In this document: in pieces, positions 1 through 9,757 of the stretch
How the letters are laid out: each line of letters starts with the position of its first letter
Numbering within the stretch: the stretch's first letter is position 1
Source of the DNA: Planctomycetota bacterium
GTDB taxonomy: Bacteria > Planctomycetota > Planctomycetia > Planctomycetales > Planctomycetaceae
Reading direction: 5' to 3'
NCBI GenBank assembly: GCA_043718945.1
Contig: JAYSUV010000042.1
Coordinates: forward strand, 1-55,627
DNA length: 55,627 bases
The notes under the pieces: model-generated
The model's input: only the letters and a program-made list of their open reading frames with translations
Database searches by the model: none
What the model was told of the DNA's origin: nothing
Made by a program: the position numbers and the translations under genes

Positions 1-133
1 GCCGCCGGTTCCCCGGCCCGTGTCACTCCAGAGACTGTGGTTCCCCGACGAACCACGGTGACAAGAACCGGCGGCTAGCGCCGTGCCGCTCACGGATCAA
101 GCCGCCCCGCTCGCTTAGGATTGAACACTGCCG

Positions 134-2986
134 ATGAACTTCTCCGAAGTGATTATCCTCATCCCCAGCCACAGCCTGGAGGACTTCCCGTCTGAACTTA
201 GCGAGAAGCCTGCGGCCAGCTTGCTCAATGTGTTCGCGGTGGCGTGGCACCCAGCGTTGCTCTTGGAGACGCAGGTTCTCCCGCAATGGCTGCGGCACGA
301 CAGCTTGGACATGACTCGTCCCGGTCGACTGATCCTGGTGCCGACGGGTTGCGATGATACCGCGACTGGCGATTGGATGCAGGCGGCGAAGGAGGCGGGG
401 TCGTTCGTCGTGCGCGGGCAACATGACCGGAAGGAGATGCAGGTGGCGGCGTTGTCGGCACTCGATGCGATCCCGGCCATTGATGAGGAGTTGGTCGCCG
501 ACTTCCTTGCCCTGGGCACGACTTGGCTGCTCATCGAGTTGCTCACGCGGCACATGCGGAACTTCGGGAGCATGGACGAAGTTCGCATGAAGGACGAGAT
601 TCTCGCCGCCGCACGAGCCGCTGCTGATCAAGACAGCGATCTCGCCAAACGGCACCTGAAGCATGCGTTCGAACTGCTGCTGGAATGTCGAGAGCGGTTC
701 TACCCGGTGGGGTGCTTTTTGTTAGACCTCTGTCTGGCGGGGCCAACGGCGAAGTTTCCGGAGTTGGAACAGCTCCTCGCCAGCGAGGTGCCGTCCAATG
801 TGTTGCTCAGTGCAAGTGACTTGGTGGAGATCGCGTCGAAGTCCCCTTCGACCATTGATCGCCTGCGCGAGGCGTGGCAGGCCGGACGCATCGATCTTGT
901 CGGAGGCGATTGGCATGAGGGGTGTACGCAATTGGTCGGGATCAACTCGATCCTGTGGTCACTGGAGCGGGGGAATCGCGGATACTCGGAGCGTCTCGGC
1001 CAGGCACCGACGATCTGGGGCCGTCGCCGTTACGGGGTCAATCTGGCGATGCCTCAACTCCTGTCGCGGTCGAGTTACAAAGGGGGCTTGCACTTCGTCA
1101 TGGACGACGGGCTATATCCCGATGAGGAGCAGACTCGCCTGCGATGGCAGGGGCAGGACGGCTCGACCCTCGAAGCCTACAGCCGCATCCCACTGGCCGG
1201 GGACAGTGCGTCGAGCTTCCTGCGGTTCCCGATTCGGATGGCCGAATCGATGGACCACGACCATGTGGCAGCTGTTTGTTTCGCGCGGTGGCCGGACCTG
1301 AAGCAGCCGTGGTTGGACGACCTGCGGCGGATGGGGAAGTACGCGCCGGTGCTGGGTCGGTTCGTGACGTTTGCGGAGTTCTTCGCGTCGACGGACACCC
1401 GCGACCGGTATGCCGATCTGGGGTCGAATGAGTACCTCTCGCCATTCCTGGTGCAGGCGGTCGCGCGGCAGGAGGAGCGCCCGATCTGTCGGTACGGGGA
1501 GGCGTCGTCGCGTCGCAATCAGTTCGATCGAGGAGAGTGGTGTACTGCGCTGGCGAGTGTGTTGCGAGGGGAGCCGGTGCGTCGCGCGAGTGAACTGGAG
1601 GAGCGCGTCGAGTTGTCCGGGCCGGACGTGCAGACCACTGTCGATGAGGCACTCCCCGCGGACTTGCAGCGGTTCGAGGACGAGTCGGCAGCGCGGTTGG
1701 TGCCCTTACTCACCGGTGCGCCGGTGCGTCGCGGGGTGCTGTTGCTCAACACGCTCTCGTACGCCCGCCGCGTGGTGGCCGACTGGCCGGTCGGGTTGCC
1801 TCTGCCAGCGGTGGAGGGCGGCGTGATCGCGGTCCAGGCGGATGCGGTGCGGCCCGCCATCGTAGTCGAGTTGCCTCCGTGCGGGTTCCTGTGGCTGCCG
1901 GGTGATCGACCGGTCACGACCTCCCCACCGATGAAGAAGCGAGAGGGAGCCTGGGCCGAGGGACTCACGCTCAACAACGACTTCATCGAGGTCAAACTCA
2001 GCGAGCAGACCGGAGGGATCGCCGATGTGCGAGCGGCAGGGTTCAACGGCAACCGCATCAGCCAGCAACTGGCCCACCGGTTCCCGACTGCTCGGATGGT
2101 GACTGTCGGTGAAGGCGAGGAGGCCGACGAGGAGAGTACCTATTACACGGTGATGGTCTGCGATCAACATCGCGTGGTCTCCGCCGGGCCGACGCTGGCT
2201 GCCATTGAGACTGTGGGGCGACTCGTCGACCCGCAGAACCCGAGTCGCTCATTGGCCGATTTCAGGCAGACCGTCCGGCTGTGGCGCGGTCGCCCGGTGA
2301 TCGAAGTCGAGTTCGATATCACTCCCACGAAGCCGCTCGATGGTGAGCCGTGGACCAACTACTACGCGGCGCGGTGGGCCTGGAAGAACGAAGCGGCTGC
2401 GATCACCAAGGGAGTCCTGCAAGCCGCCCAGCCGGTGGTCGGCGAGCGGTTCGAAGCTCCCGAGTACGTCGAGATCGCTGACGCCACCCAGCGCGTTGCA
2501 CTGCTCACCCACGGGTTGCCGTTCCACCGTCGCACCGGTCCGCGGATGCTCGACACGCTACTGCTGGTCGCGGGCGAGCCGAGCGGGCCACGCACGCTGC
2601 GAATCGTCTTCGACCAGCCGTTTCCGATGCAGGCCGCGCTGTCGGTCGCCACTCCACCGGTGGTCATCCCGGTGGATCGCGGACCGTCTTCTTCCGGGGC
2701 TTCGGGCTGGTTGTTCCACATCGGGGCCAAGAATGTGGTACTGCTCAAGATCCTCCCACTTGATGGGGAGCAGGCCGCGACTCGCACCGGGTGTGTGGTG
2801 CGACTGATCGAGACCGAAGGCCGGGCAGCCACCTTTAAGCTGTTATCATTCCGGACTCCGGTGCAGGCGAGACAGCGGGACTTCACCGGCCAGACGATCA
2901 GCACGCTGGGGATTGATCCCGACGGGGGCGTGATCGTGGAGATTGGAGCGTTTGAAGTGTGTGAGGTGGAATTGCTCTGGACGTAG
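134..2986 (+). CDS. Conserved hypothetical protein with distant glycoside hydrolase family 38 (alpha-mannosidase)-like layout; catalytic competence doubtful
   Basis: Uninterrupted 950-codon ORF from ATG 134 with GC-rich third positions. LVGGDWHEGCTQLVGINSILWSLERGNRGY...IWGRRRYGVNLAMPQLLSRSSYKGGLHF resembles the GH38 core pattern (GGxW.E.D.N..SGE...R...G......W.PD.FG....PQ.L...G). IPSHSLEDF sits where GH38 enzymes have HSHxDxxW but lacks the histidines. Family call is from motif memory, not a search. Confidence 0.5.
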   Translation: MNFSEVIILIPSHSLEDFPSELSEKPAASLLNVFAVAWHPALLLETQVLPQWLRHDSLDMTRPGRLILVPTGCDDTATGDWMQAAKEAGSFVVRGQHDRKEMQVAALSALDAIPAIDEELVADFLALGTTWLLIELLTRHMRNFGSMDEVRMKDEILAAARAAADQDSDLAKRHLKHAFELLLECRERFYPVGCFLLDLCLAGPTAKFPELEQLLASEVPSNVLLSASDLVEIASKSPSTIDRLREAWQAGRIDLVGGDWHEGCTQLVGINSILWSLERGNRGYSERLGQAPTIWGRRRYGVNLAMPQLLSRSSYKGGLHFVMDDGLYPDEEQTRLRWQGQDGSTLEAYSRIPLAGDSASSFLRFPIRMAESMDHDHVAAVCFARWPDLKQPWLDDLRRMGKYAPVLGRFVTFAEFFASTDTRDRYADLGSNEYLSPFLVQAVARQEERPICRYGEASSRRNQFDRGEWCTALASVLRGEPVRRASELEERVELSGPDVQTTVDEALPADLQRFEDESAARLVPLLTGAPVRRGVLLLNTLSYARRVVADWPVGLPLPAVEGGVIAVQADAVRPAIVVELPPCGFLWLPGDRPVTTSPPMKKREGAWAEGLTLNNDFIEVKLSEQTGGIADVRAAGFNGNRISQQLAHRFPTARMVTVGEGEEADEESTYYTVMVCDQHRVVSAGPTLAAIETVGRLVDPQNPSRSLADFRQTVRLWRGRPVIEVEFDITPTKPLDGEPWTNYYAARWAWKNEAAAITKGVLQAAQPVVGERFEAPEYVEIADATQRVALLTHGLPFHRRTGPRMLDTLLLVAGEPSGPRTLRIVFDQPFPMQAALSVATPPVVIPVDRGPSSSGASGWLFHIGAKNVVLLKILPLDGEQAATRTGCVVRLIETEGRAATFKLLSFRTPVQARQRDFTGQTISTLGIDPDGGVIVEIGAFEVCEVELLWT

Positions 2987-3058
2987 TGTGGGCTTTAGCC
3001 CACGCCTCTGCTTCGATCAATCACTTCATAATCTCGCGTGGGCTAAAGCCCACACTAC
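2983..3058. repeat. Perfect 23-bp inverted repeat (arms 2983-3005 and 3036-3058, 30-nt spacer) between convergent genes; possible bidirectional terminator or REP-like element
   Basis: GTAGTGTGGGCTTTAGCCCACGC and GCGTGGGCTAAAGCCCACACTAC are exact reverse complements. Each arm also contains its own palindrome (GTGGGCTTTAGCCCAC). The left arm overlaps the TAG stop (2984-2986) of the upstream gene. No U-tract follows either arm. Confidence 0.7.
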
Positions 3059-3081
3059 GAAGCGCTCGCTGCGTCGCCACC

Positions 3082-4350
3082 TCAGATCATCAATCCCGCA
3101 ATGGCCCCTGTCATGGCCGAGGCCAGTGCCCCGCCGATCATGGCCTTCATGGCCAGTTGGGAGATCTCAGCCTTGCGCTCCGGGGCCATCGCCCCGATCC
3201 CGCCGACCTGTATTCCGACCGACGCGAAGTTGGCGAACCCGCACAGGGCGTACGCGGCGATGCGGGCGGTGCGCGGGCTGAGCTGGGCCATCGTCTCCGG
3301 CTTGGAGAGATCGGTGTAGGCGATCAACTCCGTGAGTACGAGCTTCTCACCCAGCAGCGTGCCGACGACTCGCGACTCTTCCCAGTTGGCCCCGAGAGTC
3401 CAGGCGATCGGACGAAACGCCCAGCCGAAGATCTCCTGCATCGAGGTCGCGGGCACTTTCACTCCCAGACCAGGAATCGTCGGCCCCCACCCGAGCAGGG
3501 CGTTCAGCATCTCCATCGCGGCGATGAACGCGATCAGCATCGCACACACGCTCAGTGTCAGCTTCATTCCCTCATTCGCACCGTCGCCGAACGCCTCGAT
3601 CACGTTATGCGTCTGGCGCGGGAGCGAGACCTTCAGGTCACCGAGGGTCTCGGGCGTTTCGGTTTCCGGGACCATGATCTTGGCGAACACGATCGCTGCC
3701 GGAGCCCCCATCACCGACGACGCAATCAGATGACCAGCGATGTCGGGCAGGACCCCCTTCAGCATTCCGACATACAGCGCCAGCACCCCCCCCGCGATGG
3801 TCGCGAACCCCGCTAGCATAATCGTCATCAATTCGCTGCGGGTCATCTTGGCCAGAAACGGCTGCACGAGCAGAGGAGCTTCGGTCTGGCCGACAAAGAT
3901 ATTGGCCGCCACGCTGAACGTCTCGGCCCCGCTGGTGCCCATCGTCTTGACCATCACCCAGGCAATGATTCGCACGATGAACTGCATGACTCCCAGGTGA
4001 TACAGCACCGCCATGATCGCCGAAAAGAAGATGATCGATGGCAGCACTCGAAACGCCAGATTGACCAGCGGCCCTTCGAGGTGTTGCTCCCGGCTGCTCA
4101 GTTGACTGAGATGTTTGAAGAGGAAGTCGGTGCCTCGGTCGCAGAACCCGAGCAGCGTGTTGATGGCTCCGCCGCAGGCGTCAAAGAACGGCTGGCCCCA
4201 GGGAGTCTTGAGGATGAAGGCGGCGAACAGCACCTGCAACGCCAGGCCGACCAGAACCGGTCGCCACACGATCTTGCGGCGGTTCTCCGACAAAAGAACC
4301 GCGATCGCCATCAAGGTGACGATCCCGATCAGACCTTGGTACTGTTGCAT
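3082..4350 (-). CDS. nupC: NupC/CNT-family concentrative nucleoside transporter
   Basis: 422-codon ORF from ATG 4350. It is polytopic and hydrophobic throughout. The N-terminus (GLIGIVTLMAIAVLLSENRRKIVWRPVLVGLALQVLFAAFILKT), central GQTEAPLLVQPFL...MTRSELMTIMLAGFATIAGGVLALYV and C-terminal FANFASVGIQVGGIGAMAP match the conserved NupC/CNT blocks. Confidence 0.88.
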   Translation of the reverse strand: MQQYQGLIGIVTLMAIAVLLSENRRKIVWRPVLVGLALQVLFAAFILKTPWGQPFFDACGGAINTLLGFCDRGTDFLFKHLSQLSSREQHLEGPLVNLAFRVLPSIIFFSAIMAVLYHLGVMQFIVRIIAWVMVKTMGTSGAETFSVAANIFVGQTEAPLLVQPFLAKMTRSELMTIMLAGFATIAGGVLALYVGMLKGVLPDIAGHLIASSVMGAPAAIVFAKIMVPETETPETLGDLKVSLPRQTHNVIEAFGDGANEGMKLTLSVCAMLIAFIAAMEMLNALLGWGPTIPGLGVKVPATSMQEIFGWAFRPIAWTLGANWEESRVVGTLLGEKLVLTELIAYTDLSKPETMAQLSPRTARIAAYALCGFANFASVGIQVGGIGAMAPERKAEISQLAMKAMIGGALASAMTGAIAGLMI

Positions 4351-4587
4351 GGGGACACCATCGGGAACAAGGAATGTCGATCACCGACACCAGGAAATGA
4401 TGAGGAGAATCACGAGTGTCTGCACCGGAGCCTCGCAGCGGAGATGATAAACACGTTTCCTCGGTGGAGCGAATGTATGTTCGACACCGTCTGACTCCGG
4501 ATCCCCAATCGAAGGCTGTCATCTGTGCTGGTGATTAGCCATTCCGGGATGTCTCTGCCATGATAAAGACTCACACTGGCGGAATGC

Positions 4588-5319
4588 ATGCAGACTCACA
4601 CAGTCATGACGGAACAGGCATGGGGGCGAGTTCAAGTGAACACGGGGCGAACGCTGGCGATCGGCGACATCCACGGGTGCGATACCGCACTGGAGGTGCT
4701 GCTGCGCGAACTGAACCTGACCCCCGAGGACACCGTCATCGTTCTGGGTGATGTGATCGATCGTGGCCCAGACTCCAAGCGGTGCATCAATCTGCTGCTG
4801 GAGTTGAAGACCCGCTGCCAGCTTCGACACATCATGGGCAACCATGAAGAGATGATGCTCGACGCCCTGTACGGCGGCGAGTGGGCCGAGGCCTGGCCGC
4901 GCTATGGCGGGAAGGAGATGCTGCACTCCTACGGCGGCAGCTTCTCCGGCATCCCGGACGAACACCTCGATTTCATGCGAAACGGACAGCCGTACATCGA
5001 GACCGACACCACCATTTTCTCCCATGCTTCGATCCGGGGCGAGTACCCGTTAGAGATGCAGGACAAGCACTGGCTGCGCTGGAGTCGCATTGGTCGCCAC
5101 TGTGTGCCACACTTTTCGGGCAAGCGGGTGATCTGCGGCCATTCGGCTCAGGAGTCGGGATTGCCGCTGATCCTGCCGGGATGGGTCTGCATCGACACGT
5201 GTGTCTATGGGGATGGCGGGGCCTTGACGGCGATCGATGTCGACAACGATCTGATCTATCAATCGGAACAGTCGGGTATATTTCGCGGCTGCCATCCCCT
5301 GGAGGACTACATCGGGTGA
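4588..5319 (+). CDS. PPP-family metallophosphoesterase (Ser/Thr protein phosphatase / ApaH-PrpA-like)
   Basis: 243-codon ORF from ATG 4588. GDIHG (LAIGDIHGC), GDVIDRG and GNHE motifs occur in the canonical order and spacing of PPP-family phosphoesterases. Confidence 0.85.
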   Translation: MQTHTVMTEQAWGRVQVNTGRTLAIGDIHGCDTALEVLLRELNLTPEDTVIVLGDVIDRGPDSKRCINLLLELKTRCQLRHIMGNHEEMMLDALYGGEWAEAWPRYGGKEMLHSYGGSFSGIPDEHLDFMRNGQPYIETDTTIFSHASIRGEYPLEMQDKHWLRWSRIGRHCVPHFSGKRVICGHSAQESGLPLILPGWVCIDTCVYGDGGALTAIDVDNDLIYQSEQSGIFRGCHPLEDYIG

Positions 5320-6449
5320 ACAGCCACAAACACAACCCGCCGAAACGCAAGAAGCTGTTCCGTCGTGCGGAGGTGCAAGCCTCGGGTGCCGCGCCGCCGC
5401 CCCCTGTCGATCAGCCGGTCTCGGCGGTGCGAGTGACAGCGATGCGGTACTCGCCCACCGAACTCCAGGAGCGGGATCTCAAGTCGCCGCATGAGGTCGC
5501 TGCGTTGCGTCAACCGGGCTCGATCCTGTGGGTCAATATCGACGGCATCAGCGACCCGCGCTGGTTGCAGACAGTGGGCGAGGTATTCGGCCTCCACCCA
5601 CTCGCGCTGGAAGATGCCGTGCATGTCCACCAGCGGGCCAAGGTCGACGAATACGGCGACCACTTGTTTATCGTGGTGCGGATGGCCGATGCCGCTGACC
5701 GACTCTCTACGGAGCAGGTCAGTCTGTTCCTGGGCCAGGACTTCATCATCACGGTTCAGGAACTGCCTGGTGGCGACTGCCTCGATCCGGTCCGCCAGCG
5801 ACTCCGCATCAACCAGGGACGCATCCGCCGCAGCGGGCCGGACTATCTGTCCTACTGCTTGATCGACGCCGTCATCGACAGCTATTTCCCCGTGCTGGAG
5901 AAGTACGGCGAGGATCTGGATGTACTCGATAGCAGTGCGGACGGGAAGTCGCCAGTTGTCCTGGATCGCTTGCATGCCATCCGCCGGGAATTGCTTCAGC
6001 TGCGCCGGGCGGCGTGGCCTCATCGAGATGCGTTGAATGCTTTGCAGCGGCACGAGTCAGACCTGATTGCGCCGGAGACGAAAGTCTTCTTGCGCGACTG
6101 CTACGACCACTCCGTACAGATCATCGACGTGCTGGAAACTCAGCGAGAGATGTGTGCTGACCTGCGTGATCTCGTCCTGACCATGGTCGGACACCGTACC
6201 AACGAAATCATGCGCGTGCTGACGATCATGTCGAGCATCTTCATCCCACTGAGCTTCATCGCCGGGGTGTACGGGATGAACTTCGACACGGAGGCCTCGG
6301 CGTGGAACATGCCAGAACTGGGGTGGCCGTTTGGGTACTTGTTCTCGCTCTCACTGATGGCGGGCACTGCCGGAGTGTTGATGATCTTCTTCTACCGCAA
6401 AGGCTGGCTTACTGGTCCCGGGGCCGGAGCGGAACGTAGACAAGTGTGA
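5316..6449 (+). CDS. corA: CorA-family magnesium/cobalt transporter
   Basis: YGMNF (GMN motif, 6273-6281) lies between two C-terminal hydrophobic helices, preceded by a long cytoplasmic domain typical of CorA. The 522-aa track ORF from 4881 overlaps the phosphatase gene in another frame. I place the start at GTG 5316 (GTGA overlap with the phosphatase stop 5317-5319); alternative ATG 5442. Confidence 0.85.
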   Translation: MNSHKHNPPKRKKLFRRAEVQASGAAPPPPVDQPVSAVRVTAMRYSPTELQERDLKSPHEVAALRQPGSILWVNIDGISDPRWLQTVGEVFGLHPLALEDAVHVHQRAKVDEYGDHLFIVVRMADAADRLSTEQVSLFLGQDFIITVQELPGGDCLDPVRQRLRINQGRIRRSGPDYLSYCLIDAVIDSYFPVLEKYGEDLDVLDSSADGKSPVVLDRLHAIRRELLQLRRAAWPHRDALNALQRHESDLIAPETKVFLRDCYDHSVQIIDVLETQREMCADLRDLVLTMVGHRTNEIMRVLTIMSSIFIPLSFIAGVYGMNFDTEASAWNMPELGWPFGYLFSLSLMAGTAGVLMIFFYRKGWLTGPGAGAERRQV

Positions 6450-6665
6450 CGACGAAATGTGCAGAGGGCTTGACGACGTTCGAGGTCACGGCCAGTGTTC
6501 CCTGGAAGATGTTCTGATGAGTCAAGAATGAGTCCCCGTCGAGGCTGGACGCCATGGAGGATCTATCCAGTCCAGGCTTGACGATTGGATCACTAGACTT
6601 CACAACCCTGTGGACAGACTTCTAAAAAACCACATGTCTCCCGGCCTCAGAAGATCGTTCCTGAC

Positions 6666-8465
6666 ATGTCCGATGTTGACCTGAACCAACTAGAACTGCT
6701 CGCCCAGGTGGATCATCTACTGGGTCAAGCTCGCGTCTGGACCGAGACCGCGTCGCCGTGGCACCCAGTGGTGCAGGCTCAGGGACTACTGCGGCGCGTG
6801 CTGGCCCGCACCGATTCGTTGCGGATTCGGTTGGAGGCTCCACTGGTCGTCGCCACGTTCGGTGGGACGGGGACGGGGAAGAGTTCGCTGGTCAACGCCC
6901 TGGTCGGAGCGGATGTGACCCAAGCGGGTCGGCAGCGGCCCACGACTCGCCGACCGATTGTGATCTGCCACTCCAAGACTGATGTGACGCAGATCGGACT
7001 GCCGCTCGAGTCCTGCGAACTCGTTCGCAGTGACTCCGATCTCGTTCGCGATCTGGTGATTGTCGACTGCCCCGATCCCGACACGAACGAGACCGAAACC
7101 CCCGGCAGCAACCTCGAGTTACTCCATTCGTTGCTGCCGTTCTGTGACGTGCTGCTCTACGTCTCGACGCAGCAGAAGTACCGCTCCGCGCGGGTCACTA
7201 CTGAACTCGCCCAGGCCGCCAGTGGATGCCGTGTGATCTTTGTTCAGACGCATGCCGACCTCGACGAGGACATCCGCAGCGACTGGAGTCGCCAACTCTC
7301 GGCCACCTTCACCGATCCGGAAATCTTCTTCGTCGACTCACAGCTAGCCTTTCGCGAACAGCAATCGGGGCAGCGTCCGACAGGTGATATGGGTCGGTTG
7401 GTCGACCTGCTGATGCGTGAGTTGGGGAGTGCCTCGCGCGTGCGCATTCGCCGAGCCAATGTGGTCGATCTGCTGTCCGAGGCCATCGACCGTTGTCAGG
7501 CTCCGCTGACCGCCGCCGAACCCGAGCTGTCGACACTTGAGCACATGCTGCTCGATCAACGGGGTCAACTGGCTAAGCGGATGACGCAACAGCTGTGCAA
7601 GGATCTGGGGGCCAGTCGGGGGTTGTGGGAGCGTCGGCTGGTGGAGGCGGTGGTCGAGAGCTGGGGGCTGAGTCCCTTCTCGGCAGTGCTGCGGGCCTAC
7701 CACGGGCTCGGTTCCATCCTGATGTCGCTGAGCCTGACCCGCGCGCGAAGTACCGCTCAGATGGCCGTCATCGGAGCGGTTCACGGGTTCCGCATGCTCC
7801 GCGAGCGTGCGGAAAGACAGAGCGCAGAGGAGGGGCTGCAGCGGGCCTCGTCACTGGGGCTCGATGACTCATTACTACGTGAGACGGAACTCATCATCGA
7901 GGGGCATGTCCGCAGCGCGGGGTTCGACCGGTCGCTTTTGCCGTCATCATCACTCGACCAACTGCGCGAGCAAGCTGCGCGAATCGAGACGCAGTTCCTC
8001 GGCGATGCCAGCCAGAAAACGGATGAGCTGATTCACGTCCTCGCCGCGAAGAACTCGCGCTGGTGGGTGCGGGGGTGGTACGAGCTGTGGTTCCTCTCGT
8101 ACCTGGGCTTCGTGCTGTACCGCATCGGTCGCAATTTTTTCCATGACTCATTCCTCAACGATAAGCCGCTGCTCTCGACCGACTTCTATATGCCCGCGGC
8201 GATCTTCTGGGTGCTGTGGACCGGCGTGCTGCTGATGCTCTTTCTGCGGAGACTTCGCAGCGGGCTCCAGCGGGAGATCCAGGGACTCGCCGCCCAACTC
8301 GTCGATGTCCGACTCGCTGGAGGCTTGTTCCCACAACTCGAACAAGCCTGCCGCGTGGCCCGGCAGCAGTCGCAGGAACTCTCCCAGCTGCGCGAGTCGG
8401 TGGAGCGGATTCGAACGCTGGTGGCCACGGGGACGAGATTGGGGGAGCGACGAGCAACGAACTAA
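6666..8465 (+). CDS. Membrane-anchored P-loop GTPase (dynamin-like / YfjP-type family)
   Basis: 599-codon ORF from ATG 6666. G1 is GGTGTGKSS, with a G3-like DCPDPD and QTHAD at the G4 position. A long helical region follows, then two hydrophobic segments near the C-terminus (WWVRGWYELWFLSYLGFVLYRI; AAIFWVLWTGVLLMLFL). Confidence 0.65.
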   Translation: MSDVDLNQLELLAQVDHLLGQARVWTETASPWHPVVQAQGLLRRVLARTDSLRIRLEAPLVVATFGGTGTGKSSLVNALVGADVTQAGRQRPTTRRPIVICHSKTDVTQIGLPLESCELVRSDSDLVRDLVIVDCPDPDTNETETPGSNLELLHSLLPFCDVLLYVSTQQKYRSARVTTELAQAASGCRVIFVQTHADLDEDIRSDWSRQLSATFTDPEIFFVDSQLAFREQQSGQRPTGDMGRLVDLLMRELGSASRVRIRRANVVDLLSEAIDRCQAPLTAAEPELSTLEHMLLDQRGQLAKRMTQQLCKDLGASRGLWERRLVEAVVESWGLSPFSAVLRAYHGLGSILMSLSLTRARSTAQMAVIGAVHGFRMLRERAERQSAEEGLQRASSLGLDDSLLRETELIIEGHVRSAGFDRSLLPSSSLDQLREQAARIETQFLGDASQKTDELIHVLAAKNSRWWVRGWYELWFLSYLGFVLYRIGRNFFHDSFLNDKPLLSTDFYMPAAIFWVLWTGVLLMLFLRRLRSGLQREIQGLAAQLVDVRLAGGLFPQLEQACRVARQQSQELSQLRESVERIRTLVATGTRLGERRATN

Positions 8466-8719
8466 GTTGAGTCATCGAGGATTCAGAGTACGCCACGGTC
8501 GAATCAATAATGTAGGGGATGTGTTTCTCACCCCTCGTGAGACAACGCCCGCTCGAAGACTCCGCCGAGTTGTCACATCTGTCGCCAACTTGTCACGATG
8601 GGCAGACTCCCCTCGGTTGTCAGGCGGTAGGCCCATTGACTTCATCGGATGGACTGGGGGGCCTACACTCAGAGAGCCACATCGCTCACAACCGTGATCA
8701 ACGGATAAGACGCTTCACC

Positions 8720-9601
8720 ATGCCGCAACCCTGGGTAGCCATCCAGCGAAATCCCACCTCGGGGTCCGGTCAACGCACTCGCCCCATCCGAGACCTCATC
8801 CGTCAGTTGCGAGTGCTGGGGATACGGCCTCGTCTGTTTTCCAGCCGCGCGGACTTTGATACGGCGGTGAACGATCCGGTACGCCGTCCTCAATTGATCG
8901 CCGCCGTCGCAGCTGGAGGAGATGGCACGGTCCTCGATTTGGTGAATCGACATCCAGAGCTACCGCTGTGCGTGTTGCCGCTGGGCACGGAGAATCTACT
9001 GGCGAAGCACTTGAAGATCCCGCGTGACGGAAGGGCTGTGGCGGACATGATCGCCCGAGGCCACCGCCGCCGCCTCGATCTGGGCCGGTTGAATGGACGC
9101 CACTTCCTGGTGATGGTGAGTGCTGGATTTGATGCAGCTGTGGTTCACCAGGTGCATGCCGGACGAAAGGGCGGGCATGCTCGGCACACCAGCTACATCG
9201 GGCCGATTCTGAATTCGCTCTGGGGGTTCCGGCCTCAGACACAGACACTCCGGGTGACCATAGATGAAGAGACAGTCGTCCATGAGGGGCAGGTGGTGGT
9301 GGTGGCCAACCTGGAGTCGTACGCTTTGAACTTGGGTGTCGTGCCGAATGCAGACGGGGCGGATGGTGTTTTGGACGCGCGAGTCTTCTCGATCCGGTCG
9401 GTGCCGAGTCTCTTGCGAATGGTGTGGTCCATCTGGCGGGGCACCCACGAGCATTCGCCCGAGGTCGTCCGCCTGACCGGACGCAGGTTTCGCATTGAGT
9501 CCGACATTCCCGTCCCACTCCAAGCGGACGGCGACCCAGCGGGCATGACCCCTGCCGAGATCACCATCGACCCCTTGGCGGTGGCGTTCATCGTGCCTTG
9601 A
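8720..9601 (+). CDS. Diacylglycerol-kinase-like lipid kinase (DAGK_cat / YegS-LCB5 family)
   Basis: AIQRNPTSGSG..., AAGGDGTVLDLVN and VLPLGTENLLAKHL match the DAGK catalytic-domain signature (GGDGT, PxGTxN). Start moved to ATG 8720 because the 67 upstream codons of the track ORF (from 8519) do not look protein-like. Confidence 0.75.
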   Translation: MPQPWVAIQRNPTSGSGQRTRPIRDLIRQLRVLGIRPRLFSSRADFDTAVNDPVRRPQLIAAVAAGGDGTVLDLVNRHPELPLCVLPLGTENLLAKHLKIPRDGRAVADMIARGHRRRLDLGRLNGRHFLVMVSAGFDAAVVHQVHAGRKGGHARHTSYIGPILNSLWGFRPQTQTLRVTIDEETVVHEGQVVVVANLESYALNLGVVPNADGADGVLDARVFSIRSVPSLLRMVWSIWRGTHEHSPEVVRLTGRRFRIESDIPVPLQADGDPAGMTPAEITIDPLAVAFIVP

Positions 9602-9677
9602 GGGTCTGGATGACGAAGGCATAATTGGGTTGAGCAAGGTGAGAGCAGCCTTCGATTCCTGTTATTGCACTGCAACC

Positions 9678-9706
9678 CAGACATCCAAAGCGATGTCTGG
9701 GCCACC
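9678..9706 (+). repeat. Hairpin repeat copy 1: CAGACATCCAAAGCGATGTCTGGGCCACC
   Basis: 8-bp stem CAGACATC/GATGTCTG with a 6-nt loop, followed by GGCCACC. It is 28/29 identical to 10370-10398. It lies 77 nt after the lipid kinase stop. Confidence 0.8.
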
Positions 9707-9757
9707 CAGCGGCAATTCCTGAAAAATGAATCGGTGCCCCAGTAGAAGGAGTTCGAA

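Noticed and set aside
23-664. Minus-strand ORFs (23-664, 115-588) at the window start
   Set aside because: They overlap the 950-aa plus-strand ORF and have an Arg-rich, low-complexity composition. There are no motifs.
4881-5315. N-terminal 145 codons of the 522-aa ORF that contains CorA
   Set aside because: This part overlaps the well-supported phosphatase gene in another frame and has an Arg/Gly/His-rich, non-protein-like composition. CorA homology begins only after position 5316.
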